A DNA stretch of 64,000 nucleotides from Desulfatiglandales bacterium. Lineage in GTDB: Bacteria; Desulfobacterota; DSM-4660; Desulfatiglandales; Desulfatiglandaceae. This document shows positions 29,917 to 39,550 of this stretch, piece by piece. The notes under the pieces were generated by a model, which was not told the DNA's origin, ran no database searches, and saw nothing but the letters and a program-made list of their open reading frames with translations. A program made the translations under genes and the position numbers. How positions within the stretch are numbered: position 1 is the stretch's first letter; every line of letters begins with the position of its first letter. Location: positions 3,200,001-3,264,000 of the forward strand of contig OY762721.1 in the NCBI GenBank assembly GCA_963666345.1, in the 5' to 3' direction.

Positions 29917-31489
29917 AAGGATCTTCACCGAAGAGGCCGGGAAATACCTGGAAGAACTTGACAGGTTTCTCATGGAGGTGGAAAAGGATCCTGACAACCT
30001 GAATCTATGGGGTGACATACATGGAAAGGTCCACTCCATAAAGGGTATGTCAAGGGCCCTGTCTCTTGATAAAATAACAGGGCTGAGTCATCTCATGGAA
30101 GACTGGTGCAAGGCCTTTCAGCAGGGAGCGGTATCCGCATCCGCCGATATGATCCAGATGCTTTTTAATGGAGTCGATATCCTGAAAGGTCTGGTTGAAA
30201 AGGGTGGAAAGATTGAGGACAACGAAAGCCTGGGTGCCTATAACGGTATCCTGAGCCAGTTTGAGAAGGACCCTGATCAGTGGACCGGAAAAACCGGACA
30301 GTTTTCCGGGCCCGTCCCGGCTGAGGCCGGCAGGATAGATCATGTAAGGGTAAAATACTCCCTGATAGAAGAGTTGCTGGGGCTGTCCCAGGAAATCCAG
30401 TTTATGGAAAAAAGGCTCCCTCCTGTATTTAAGGGGCAGATCTCCATGGGTTTTAAGAACTGGATAGATCATTATACATCCATGCTCAAGGGGCTTTATT
30501 TCAGGCTTGCCCAGTTAAGACTCATGCCTGTCGGCGATTTTGCCGACCTCTTTGTAAAACCGATCAGGGATATGGCCAGGGACTACGACAGGAACATAGT
30601 CTTTGACGTCGTAGGGGGTGACATAGAGGCCGACCTTGTAATGCTTGAAAGATTGCGTGAGCCCTTCATTCACATATTGAGAAATTCCATCGCCCACGGT
30701 ATAGAGAGTTCCGAAGAACGCATCGGCATGGGCAAAAAGGGGGAGGGCAGGATCCTTATTGAGGCAAAAAGCGAGAAAAACAGTATCGCCATAAAAATAT
30801 CGGACGACGGAAGAGGCATCAGCAGATCCGCCATTTCAAGGTATCTCAAAGAAAACAGGGGCATGAGCGGGGAGGAGATATCCGGGATGCCTGAAGAGGA
30901 ATTCCTCTGGACCATATTCAATCCTGATTTTTCCTCTGCTTCCGGTACGGATGATCTTGCGGGAAGAGGCATAGGGATGAGTGTCGTTTCCCAAACCATC
31001 AAGGCCCTGGGAGGTAAAATTTCCTTAAGATCGCAGGAGACCAGGGCGACTGAATTCCTGATGGTATTACCGGTTTCCCTGTCAATAATTTATGCTATTT
31101 CCTTCAGACTCGGGAGATATGTCCTGTCTATCCCCACCTCCAAGGTGGTTTCCATTGACAGAAAAAAATTCTCCGAGATTGTCAAGGATAAGAGCTACCT
31201 GGATATCAAAGGCATTCTTGGTGTTGAAGGTGGCAATGGTGAAGGGTCCTTGCATGTGCTTAATCTGCGTTATCAGGCTGACATAGAAGGGGAAAAGGGG
31301 ACTGTAAAACTGGCCGTTGAAAATATAATAGGAAATACGCCCCTTATGATAATGCCGCTTGGTGAAATCCTTGGCAAGATCGATGCTTACGCAGGAGTGG
31401 GCATTATGGAAAACGGAGACATATCGATGCTTCTGGATATGGACTCCATACTGGAGGGTTTTCCCTATCTTGCCTTTCCTTTGGGTTGA
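29897..31489 (+). CDS. CheA-like histidine kinase (Hpt, dimerization, HATPase, CheW domains)
   Basis: VHSIKGMS (Hpt His), HILRNSIAHGIE, SDDGRGI, AGRGIGMSVV. Confidence 0.9.
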   Translation: MDLTKYERIFTEEAGKYLEELDRFLMEVEKDPDNLNLWGDIHGKVHSIKGMSRALSLDKITGLSHLMEDWCKAFQQGAVSASADMIQMLFNGVDILKGLVEKGGKIEDNESLGAYNGILSQFEKDPDQWTGKTGQFSGPVPAEAGRIDHVRVKYSLIEELLGLSQEIQFMEKRLPPVFKGQISMGFKNWIDHYTSMLKGLYFRLAQLRLMPVGDFADLFVKPIRDMARDYDRNIVFDVVGGDIEADLVMLERLREPFIHILRNSIAHGIESSEERIGMGKKGEGRILIEAKSEKNSIAIKISDDGRGISRSAISRYLKENRGMSGEEISGMPEEEFLWTIFNPDFSSASGTDDLAGRGIGMSVVSQTIKALGGKISLRSQETRATEFLMVLPVSLSIIYAISFRLGRYVLSIPTSKVVSIDRKKFSEIVKDKSYLDIKGILGVEGGNGEGSLHVLNLRYQADIEGEKGTVKLAVENIIGNTPLMIMPLGEILGKIDAYAGVGIMENGDISMLLDMDSILEGFPYLAFPLG

Positions 31490-33672
31490 TTCCGCCTTAT
31501 CTCCCAGCAGTGATGAGCCCTGCTTTTTCTGATAAAATCGGGAGGAAGGGTTTTTTTGCCGATATCTGTTATATGAAATTCTGAAAGTGCCTTTTGGTCG
31601 AGTTTGAATCTCTTGAAATTATTGGAAAATATGAGCACCCCGTCATGCTCAAGTCTCTTTGCCGCAAGACCGATAAGTTCGACATGATCCCTCTGAACAT
31701 CAAAGGTCCGTGCCCTTCTTTTTGTGTTTGAGAAGGTAGGGGGATCCAGGTAGATTATATCAAATTGTTCCCTGGTTCCGGAAAGCCACTCCATACAGTC
31801 GGCTTGAACCATCCTGTGGTTGGCTTCGCTGAAGCCGTTGAGTGAGAGATTGCAGCCTGCCCATTCCAGATACCGGGGTGAGAGGTCAACGGATGTGCTT
31901 CGTTTTGCTCCCCCCGCGGCCGCGTGCACGGTCGCGCTTCCGGTGTAGGAAAAGAGATTCAGAAACCGGATACCGTGTGAATTCGCCTGAATCATTTTTC
32001 TTATGTTTCTGTTTTCCAGGAACAGGCCCGTATCGAGATAGTCTGAGAGATTAACCAGAAAAAGACATCCGTATTCACTCACCTCGGTAAGCCTGCCCCT
32101 GCTGCCATGCTTCTGATACTGGGATTTTCCTTTCTGCCTGCTTTTTACCTTGAGAAAGATCTTTTTCCTGTCCACTTCCATTATTTTCATCACGGTAATT
32201 ATGATATGATCCAGCCGTGCCAGGGCCTTTGAAGTACCAACCGTTTCAGGGGCCGAATATTCCTGGATGTGGATGTCGCCCTCATAAATATCAATTGCAA
32301 CATTGTATTCCGGTATGTCCGCGTCGTAGACTCGGTAGCAGCTGACCGACTCCTTTTTTATCCATTTTGAAAGGGATTTGAGGTTCTTAAGAAGCCTGTT
32401 TCCGAACGCCTCGGATTTGTCGAGGCCCGGGTCGTGCGAATTCAAAAGGGTGGAAGAAGCTGATTGCGGTTCAGAAGATTCAGGTATGTCAAAGACATTC
32501 AGATGACATTCGATAGGCCCGTTATAAAGCATGTGTCTGCTTACCGGATTCATCCCCAATGATTTTTCAAGGCCTTTGCCGGAGGTGAATACACCGGCAT
32601 TCCAGCCCTTAAATCGTCTTCTGAGTTTTCTGCCCAGGCATTGATAAAGATAGTTCAAGGGTCTTTGTGAACCCATCCTTTCTCCGTAGGGAGGATTGAC
32701 CACAATGAGCCCGGTATCGGACCCCTTTATCTTTGACAGTCGGGAGGAAAGCATTCCCAGTTCCTGCCTTTCCACATGTATGATTCCGTCCAGGCCTGCC
32801 TCCGTGATATTTTCAAGGGAGGAACGAATCGCCTTCAGGTCTGCGTCAAAACCATGGATTCTGGGCCATTTTAACGCTTTGGCCTCGACCCTGCGTGTCT
32901 TGGCGTCGGAAAGGAGCTTTTCCCACGTGTGAAGGGAATGTCCCTTCCAGCGGGTAAAGCCGAAGTAATCACGGTAGAGGCCGGGAGCGATTCCTCCATA
33001 TATGAGTGCGGCCTCTATCAGTAGCGTGCCTGAGCCGCACATCGGGTCGAGCAGCATATGGTCGCTGGGAAAATTTTTTGACCATCCCGACAGGATCATT
33101 AAGGCTGCGGCAAGGTTTTCCTTCAGGGGGGCCTGTCCGCCTGATTTTCGATAACCCCTTTTGTGAAGGCCGTCACCTGACATGTCGACACTGAGGGTTG
33201 CAATGTCGTGGTCAAGAAAAAGATGAAGGGAGATATCCGGCCTTTCAGTCTGAACCGATGGCCTGATGTCGTATCTGGCCCTGAACTGATCGACCAGTGC
33301 ATCCTTTACGCGGAGGGCTGCATATCTGGAGTTGTTTATGGCGGATTCCCTGGATGTGCATCTTACTGAAAAGGTCGTTTCCGGTGAAAGGTGGTCATCC
33401 CATTTTACCGTATCGGCGCCGGCATACAGGGCGTCTTTGTCGGCTGCTGAAAAGGTCGCAAGCGGCTTGAGTATGCGCGAGGCGAGCCTCGACCAGAGGC
33501 AGGCGAGGTATGCATTTTTGAGCGGGCCGGAGAAAAGAACCGCACCTTGCATCTTCTTGATAGATTCAATGCCGAGAGAGGCCAGTTCGTCGTTTAGAAG
33601 AACTTCAAGCCCTGATGCACAGGTCGCAATAAAATAATCGTATTTTCTTTGATAAGTGTTCATGCTTTTCAA
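31465..33672 (-). CDS. rlmKL: Bifunctional 23S rRNA methyltransferase RlmKL
   Basis: THUMP region, LHKRGYR..APLKENLAA, DPMCGSGT, NPPYGER, YRVYDADIPEY, DYLDTGLFL, DPPTFSN. Confidence 0.93.
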   Translation of the reverse strand: MKSMNTYQRKYDYFIATCASGLEVLLNDELASLGIESIKKMQGAVLFSGPLKNAYLACLWSRLASRILKPLATFSAADKDALYAGADTVKWDDHLSPETTFSVRCTSRESAINNSRYAALRVKDALVDQFRARYDIRPSVQTERPDISLHLFLDHDIATLSVDMSGDGLHKRGYRKSGGQAPLKENLAAALMILSGWSKNFPSDHMLLDPMCGSGTLLIEAALIYGGIAPGLYRDYFGFTRWKGHSLHTWEKLLSDAKTRRVEAKALKWPRIHGFDADLKAIRSSLENITEAGLDGIIHVERQELGMLSSRLSKIKGSDTGLIVVNPPYGERMGSQRPLNYLYQCLGRKLRRRFKGWNAGVFTSGKGLEKSLGMNPVSRHMLYNGPIECHLNVFDIPESSEPQSASSTLLNSHDPGLDKSEAFGNRLLKNLKSLSKWIKKESVSCYRVYDADIPEYNVAIDIYEGDIHIQEYSAPETVGTSKALARLDHIIITVMKIMEVDRKKIFLKVKSRQKGKSQYQKHGSRGRLTEVSEYGCLFLVNLSDYLDTGLFLENRNIRKMIQANSHGIRFLNLFSYTGSATVHAAAGGAKRSTSVDLSPRYLEWAGCNLSLNGFSEANHRMVQADCMEWLSGTREQFDIIYLDPPTFSNTKRRARTFDVQRDHVELIGLAAKRLEHDGVLIFSNNFKRFKLDQKALSEFHITDIGKKTLPPDFIRKSRAHHCWEIRRNQPKGKAR

Positions 33673-33974
33673 GTATCACCCGGTAGACTATAGGGTAACG
33701 ATCAAATAGTCCACACAAAAAGGGATGATTCGTTAACCAATGCCTCCTGAATTCTCAATGAAATTTTTCGATCCAGATGCTTTTGCTTTAATAAGCAGGG
33801 CCAAGTTACCCGCTATCGCAGCAAACTATTGACAGATAAGGAGTTTATGCTTAATCTGGATTGCAATAATCACCTTGTTTTTTTTGCTATTCCATTATGG
33901 AAAAGCTGATCCTCTGAGCAAGGCTGGGGAAAATGGCGCTGCTTTAATGGATCGAAGAGCCTGCAATACATACG

Positions 33975-34063
33975 AAGATTTCCGGATGGAGCGTTCGGCC
34001 GCCAGCATTGGGCTTAACAGCCTGTTTTTCACTACTTTTGCTGACAGCCGAGCGCTGATAGCA
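33975..34063. repeat. Dispersed ~90-bp heptamer-based repeat, copy 2 (inverted relative to copy 1)
   Basis: Reverse complement aligns with 21608-21701. Confidence 0.8.
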
Positions 34064-34169
34064 AGAACTGATATTTTAAGTGTCTAAAGTTTCGGATCCG
34101 GTTTTCTTCGCACCCGGTCCTTTGGGCCGGGATTCTTCACTGGCCAAACATATCCATGGAGGAACAGGA

Positions 34170-34496
34170 ATGAAATTTAACGATGTGAATGCGGTTTTTT
34201 CTTCAATACCCCAGATCTTTGACCCGAAGGCCGCCGGGGACATGGAGGCGATATTTCAGTTCAATATAACCGGGGAGGGGGGAGGAAACTGGAATCTGAC
34301 TATCAAAAACGGGACCTGTGAGGTAAGGGAGGGCTCACACGAATTCCCTACCGTCACGCTGATTATGGATTCCGATGTCTGGCTTGCCATGGTGAAAAGA
34401 GAGATCAACGGTATGCAGGCCTTTATGAGCGGAAAACTGAATGTCAGGGGCGATATAATCCTGGCACAGAAGATTCCCGACCTCTTCCCCTTTTAG
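34170..34496 (+). CDS. SCP2 sterol/lipid-binding domain protein
   Basis: FQFNITGEGGGNW...GMQAFMSGKLNVRGDI; RBS GGAGG upstream of ATG 34170. Confidence 0.88.
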   Translation: MKFNDVNAVFSSIPQIFDPKAAGDMEAIFQFNITGEGGGNWNLTIKNGTCEVREGSHEFPTVTLIMDSDVWLAMVKREINGMQAFMSGKLNVRGDIILAQKIPDLFPF

Positions 34497-34585
34497 ACGG
34501 AAAAAAGTACTATGATGTCATTTCCGGATGAGCAGTCAGCTGTATCAGACCCGGGGCGTGATATGAGTTTCTTTTCCGTTTATAT

Positions 34586-34960
34586 CTAAATCCCGCGTGC
34601 CTTTTCCTTTGCCTCCTGTTTTTTTTTGCATGTTATGCAGAGAGTGGTGACCGGGCGCGCATTCAGCCTCTCCTCCGATATCCCCCTGCCGCAGACTTCG
34701 CATCTGCCGTATGTGCCATCTTCGATCTTTTTAAGCGCCTCTTTTATCTTATTGATTAATTTACCTTCTCTTTCCTTTATCCTGAAGATAAAATCTTGAT
34801 CCGATTCAAAAGACGCCTGGTCAGCAATGTCGGGCGATTTTTCAATCATGTCAGCGGCGTTTATTACTGCCTCACCAGACCCCTTAATAAGCGCTTCAAG
34901 TCTGTCCGTGAGTAACCTTTTAAAATGCTCTCTTTTTTTTTCCGTAAGGGTATTTTTCAA
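34586..34960 (-). CDS. dksA: RNA polymerase-binding protein DksA
   Basis: DIADQA coiled-coil tip; C4 zinc finger CEVC...RLNARPVTTLCITC; TTG start with AGGAGG. Confidence 0.9.
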   Translation of the reverse strand: MKNTLTEKKREHFKRLLTDRLEALIKGSGEAVINAADMIEKSPDIADQASFESDQDFIFRIKEREGKLINKIKEALKKIEDGTYGRCEVCGRGISEERLNARPVTTLCITCKKKQEAKEKARGI

Positions 34961-35408
34961 AGGGAAACCTCCTTGTAGATATCTGAGGTAAATCCATTTT
35001 GATTTTTGCAGGTTCAGGTAAAGGGGGTTAAAGGAGCCTGAATGTAACTTTCATAGCGCCTGAGGTCGAAAAAGATAAATATGACCTGCTGCCGTTGATT
35101 AGGTGAAGGGGCTCCTTAAACAATATCATTATACAACAACCAGTCAGGTTTTATCCAGGAATTAAATCATGGGATGTTCCGGCTTTACCAAAAAACATCT
35201 ATGAAATAAGGCGTTGATCAAGTCAAGTCAATTTGTTTTATCACGTCACTTTAATAATTCCCTTTTTATATAGGGAGAATCCGGGTATTATAATTACATG
35301 TATCATCTCTTAACCCCCCGGGCCCTTTTCCCGGGCTGTTAGCGAGGAGAGCCAGGTAAAGGCGTGCCGTATCTGCTCTTTGCGCAACCTTTGAGGGATT
35401 TATTGGAA

Positions 35409-36332
35409 ATGGATGAGCAAAGAAGATTGAAATTTTTAGGAGCCATGATCGGAAGCGCTCTGGGGGACGCGATCGGTGAGCTTGCCTTCCTCAATCCTGA
35501 AAAAGGGCTTTTGGAAGATATTCTCTCAGAGATCCCGGAGCTTTGCTATACGGTCGACACTGCCATGGCTATCGGTCTGGCAGAGGCGATTTCACAAAGT
35601 GCCGGGATAGATGAAAGGTTTCTAGGTGACACATTCGCAGCTAATTATTTTAGGGAACCGTGGCGGGGATATGCAGCCGGCCCCCCTGCCATCTTTTCCG
35701 CGGTCAAAAAGGAGGGAACAACCTACTCAGATGCCGCCGCAAGGATGTTCAAAGGCATGGGGTCTTTCGGAAACGGGGCTGCGATGAGGATAACTCCGGC
35801 AGCCCTTTTTTTCTATGATTCAGAAGAACTATACGAACAGGTGTCCGCGGCAAGCAGGGTGACCCATGTTCACCCGGTGGGAGTGGATGGAGCGGCGGTA
35901 CTGGCCCTGGCTATTTCAAGCGCGTTAAGGTTTGAGAGTACCGAAGAATTTCCGTTTCATGATTTTATGGGCTCGCTGATTGACTTTGCAAGGACAGCAG
36001 AGATAAGAAAGAAGCTTGAGCAGGTCCATGATCTGTTTGTTTCGTCTGCTGGTCCTGAAAGGGCCAAAGGGCTCCTGGGCAGTTCTGTGGCTGTCCAAGA
36101 GTCAATGCCTTTTGCACTTTATTCCTTTTTGTCGCACAGGGATTCCTATGAGGACTGTCTTTTCTGTGCCGTATTAAACGGAGGCGACCGGGACACCATC
36201 GGCGCAATGGCGTGCGCCGTGTCAGGGGCCTACCTCGGAATAGAGGCTATCCCCTGGAAGTGGAAAGAAAAGCTTGAAAACAGATCTTATATCGAACACC
36301 TGGCTTTCGTACTCGAAGATATCATATATTGA
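35409..36332 (+). CDS. ADP-ribosylglycohydrolase family protein
   Basis: GSALGDAIG, SFGNGAAMR, VTH, GGDRDTIGAM; the first metal motif reads YTVDT. Confidence 0.88.
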   Translation: MDEQRRLKFLGAMIGSALGDAIGELAFLNPEKGLLEDILSEIPELCYTVDTAMAIGLAEAISQSAGIDERFLGDTFAANYFREPWRGYAAGPPAIFSAVKKEGTTYSDAAARMFKGMGSFGNGAAMRITPAALFFYDSEELYEQVSAASRVTHVHPVGVDGAAVLALAISSALRFESTEEFPFHDFMGSLIDFARTAEIRKKLEQVHDLFVSSAGPERAKGLLGSSVAVQESMPFALYSFLSHRDSYEDCLFCAVLNGGDRDTIGAMACAVSGAYLGIEAIPWKWKEKLENRSYIEHLAFVLEDIIY

Positions 36333-36392
36333 TGAAAGTGTTTTGGCGATAATAGTTAGACAAAATTTTCCATAGATAGGAGGAATTCAAGA

Positions 36393-36935
36393 ATGTCTGA
36401 ACTTTTCGAAGACATCATGCAAAGACGAAGCATCAGAAGGTATGAACCGAAAGCTGTGCCTGAAGATCAAATTGAAAAGATCCTTGAAGCGGTAAGATGG
36501 GCCCCTTCGTGGGCAAACACTCAGTGCTGGGAGATCGTACTTGTGAAGGATGAGGCCGTTAAGGAGAGTCTGAGGCAGACGCTTCCGAAAACCAACCCCG
36601 CCTCAAAGGCCATAGCGCAGGCCCCTGTTGTTTTTGCTCTCTGCGGAAGGTTGAAATCTTCAGGCTATTACAAGGATCAGGTGACCACGAAATTCGGGGA
36701 CTGGTTCATGTTCGACCTCGGGATTGCGACGCAGAACATCTGCCTGGCAGCAAAAGATCTTGGCCTGGGAACGGTTATAGTGGGACTCTTTGATCATGAC
36801 AAGGCCGCTGAAGCGTTGAAACTGCCTGAAGGATATGAAGCGGTCTCACTTATACCTGTGGGTTATCCGGCAAAGGATTCCCCTGTCCCCAAGAGGCGCG
36901 AGATAAGTGAATTCACACATCATGATCATTTCTAG
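36393..36935 (+). CDS. Nitroreductase family protein
   Basis: RRSIRRY, APSWANTQCW, DLGIATQNICLAA, PVGYP. Confidence 0.9.
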   Translation: MSELFEDIMQRRSIRRYEPKAVPEDQIEKILEAVRWAPSWANTQCWEIVLVKDEAVKESLRQTLPKTNPASKAIAQAPVVFALCGRLKSSGYYKDQVTTKFGDWFMFDLGIATQNICLAAKDLGLGTVIVGLFDHDKAAEALKLPEGYEAVSLIPVGYPAKDSPVPKRREISEFTHHDHF

Positions 36936-37007
36936 CCCTCATTTATAAGGGGGTTTTATTCAAGTATGGAGACCCTGGTCTTATGAGCCGGGTCGGAAAA
37001 AAAGGTT

Positions 37008-37172
37008 GACGGCTTCGTAAAAAGTCCAACTGTCCCGCCTCGGGCGGGATTATGCTTCATCTTTCGTCATTGCGGCGTACTTATAAGTACGCCTCATTCC
37101 TCAAGATTTGCAAGCCTTGCATTTGGAGCTTTTTACTGTGCCGTGTCAATTATGACTTTTTGCGGGTTCATC
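37008..37172. mobile_element. MITE-like element, copy 1
   Basis: Imperfect TIRs GACGGCTTCGTAAAAAGTC / GACTTTTTGCGGGTTCATC; flanking direct repeat AAGGTT; internal palindrome GGCGTACTTATAAGTACGCC. Confidence 0.8.
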
Positions 37173-37365
37173 AAGGTTGGACTCCTCGCTTTTTTCCATC
37201 CTTTCCAACTAGACCCAGGGGTTCCCTTCCGCTGTTTCAGGTATCCCGGAAGGGGGCCTTTGGATGATCTCCCGTCAGTCACATATTCGGACAAAAAAAC
37301 AGCAAGGCTATAATTTTTAGGTTATGTCTTAGATGATATAACTAATTAATATCATTAGAAAATTT

Positions 37366-37394
37366 TTGACATCTCTTTCCGCGGACGTTATGAT
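37366..37394 (+). promoter_or_regulatory. Putative sigma70 promoter upstream of aor
   Basis: TTGACA-17 nt-TATGAT. Confidence 0.55.
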
Positions 37395-37748
37395 TATAAG
37401 CAATTTTCCGGGATGTTTCAGATCTTCAGGCAGCTCTGCCGAAATTCAAGGCCGGGTTGAAACGTGGTGAGAACCGCTTTCTGAAACGTAATCATAAAGC
37501 TCAGGGGTCGCTTATCCGGGATATACTGTTGAACTTCTTTCTGAATCCGGCTTCATTTTGCATATCGTTCTCCTGCTCCCTTTCTACAGACCTCTGTCTT
37601 AACAGCTCCATTTAAAAAACCCTTGGTTTTGGGGATCCGACTGTTGATTGAGTCATGAGACGGGTGCATATGGAAATATATACTTGGAACTGAGATAACA
37701 AGGACAATCGTTTTAAACATTACAGAGGTTTTTGAAAAGGAGGTTCAA

Positions 37749-39485
37749 ATGGAAAAGATACTTAGAATCGACATGGGGGCTGAGGGCGGTCCAAAGGTGA
37801 CCGAGGAGCAGACAGGAGAATATGCCGGCCTGGGTGGACGGGCGCTGACATCTGCCATGGTGTATAAGGAGGTGCCGCCGCTTTGCCATCCCCTGGGTGC
37901 GGACAACAAGGTCGTAATCGCCCCCGGTCTTTTAAGCGGTTCTATCGCCGCCATGTCCGGCAGGCTTTCGATCGGCTGTAAGAGCCCCCTTACAGGCGGT
38001 ATAAAGGAGGCCAATTCAGGCGGACAGGCCGCGCAGGTGCTCGCAAGGCTTGGTTATGCGGCCGTAGTGCTTGAAGGTAAACCTGCCGACGATACCCTGT
38101 ACCGGATTGTAATAGACAGGGAGGGGGTAAAGATATCACCTGACAACAGCCTCAGGATGCTTGGAAATTATGACCTGATCGACAAGGTCAAGGGTGAGTT
38201 CGGAGACAAGGTGGCCTGCATCTCAATAGGTCCTGCAGGCGAGATGAAAATGGCGGCGGCATCCATTGCCTGTACTGACGTGGAATTCAGGCCGACAAGA
38301 CACGCCGGCCGGGGCGGAGTGGGAGCGGTCATGGGTTCAAAGGGTGTGAAGCTGATCGTGTTGGATGATAAGGGCATGAAAATGAGGGCGGCAAAGGATC
38401 CGGACAAGTTCAAAGCGGCGAACAAGTCGTGGGTTGAGGGATTGAGAAAGCATCCGGTTACGGGAGAAGGACTGCCGGCCTACGGTACCAATGTCCTTAC
38501 AAACGTCATAAACGAGGCAGGTGCTTATCCCACCAGGAATTTTTCAGAGGGCCGCTTCGAAGGAAGCGCCAAGATAAGCGGAGAGACCCTGGCCGAGACG
38601 GAGACCTCCAGGGGTGGCCTTGCCACCCACGGCTGCCACAGGGGTTGTGTCATAAGATGTTCAGGTACCTATGTGGACAAGGATGGCAATTTTCTTACCA
38701 AACAGCCTGAATACGAGACCGTTTGGTCCCATGGAGGTAATTGCGGAATAGACGATCTTGATTCCATTGCCATGCTGGACAGGCTGGATGATGACTTCGG
38801 ACTTGATACGATTGAAATGGGGGCGACCATCGGTGTTGCCATGGAGGCGGGTATAGCCAAATTCGGGGATGCCGAGGCGGCCATAAACCTGGTAAAAGAG
38901 GTGGGAAAAGGCACTCCGCTTGGAAGGATACTCGGAAATGGTGCGTCTGTAACGGGAAAGGTCTTTGGTGTCGAACGGGTTCCCGTTGTAAAGGGCCAGT
39001 CCATGCCCGCCTATGATCCAAGGGGTATCCAGGGTATCGGAGTGACCTATGCGACGAGCACAATGGGAGCCGACCATACAGCAGGTTACGCAATAGCCAC
39101 TAATATACTGGGTGTGGGCGGGAGCGTGGATCCCCTTAAGCCTGTCGGGCAGGTGGAGCTGTCAAGGAACCTGCAGATTGCAACTGCCGCGATTGATTCC
39201 ACCGGCATGTGCCTTTTTATAGCCTTTGCGATCATGGATCAGCCTGAGACCTTTCAGGCCCTGATCGATATGATAAATTCCTTTTACGGTCTTGAACTTA
39301 CGGCCGATGATGTTACGGAGCTTGGAAAATCGGTCCTGAAAAACGAAAGAAATTTCAATGCTGCTGCAGGTTTTACATCAAAGCATGACAGGCTGCCTGA
39401 GTATTTCAAAAATGAGGCGCTTCCTCCTCACGGGATAAAGTTCCAGGTAAAGGATGAAGATCTCGATCAGGTCTTCAACTGGTAA
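37749..39485 (+). CDS. aor: Aldehyde:ferredoxin oxidoreductase (tungsten AOR family)
   Basis: KSPLTGGIKEANSGG, IGPAGE, AGRGGVGAVMGSKG, CHRGCVIRC, PEYET, GLDTIE, YDPR. Confidence 0.93.
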   Translation: MEKILRIDMGAEGGPKVTEEQTGEYAGLGGRALTSAMVYKEVPPLCHPLGADNKVVIAPGLLSGSIAAMSGRLSIGCKSPLTGGIKEANSGGQAAQVLARLGYAAVVLEGKPADDTLYRIVIDREGVKISPDNSLRMLGNYDLIDKVKGEFGDKVACISIGPAGEMKMAAASIACTDVEFRPTRHAGRGGVGAVMGSKGVKLIVLDDKGMKMRAAKDPDKFKAANKSWVEGLRKHPVTGEGLPAYGTNVLTNVINEAGAYPTRNFSEGRFEGSAKISGETLAETETSRGGLATHGCHRGCVIRCSGTYVDKDGNFLTKQPEYETVWSHGGNCGIDDLDSIAMLDRLDDDFGLDTIEMGATIGVAMEAGIAKFGDAEAAINLVKEVGKGTPLGRILGNGASVTGKVFGVERVPVVKGQSMPAYDPRGIQGIGVTYATSTMGADHTAGYAIATNILGVGGSVDPLKPVGQVELSRNLQIATAAIDSTGMCLFIAFAIMDQPETFQALIDMINSFYGLELTADDVTELGKSVLKNERNFNAAAGFTSKHDRLPEYFKNEALPPHGIKFQVKDEDLDQVFNW

Positions 39486-39550
39486 AAAGGGCTGTTTTAA
39501 ATAAATACCGGGGGGTCTTTATAAGACCTCCCCTGCTTAGAGACAGATGT

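Noticed and set aside
31465..31489. Overlap of the cheA and rlmKL 3' ends
   Set aside because: Short convergent overlaps are common and both proteins look complete
17949..36332. Macro-domain and ADP-ribosylglycohydrolase genes as one ADP-ribosylation system
   Set aside because: They are 17 kb apart among unrelated genes and no ADP-ribosyltransferase is visible
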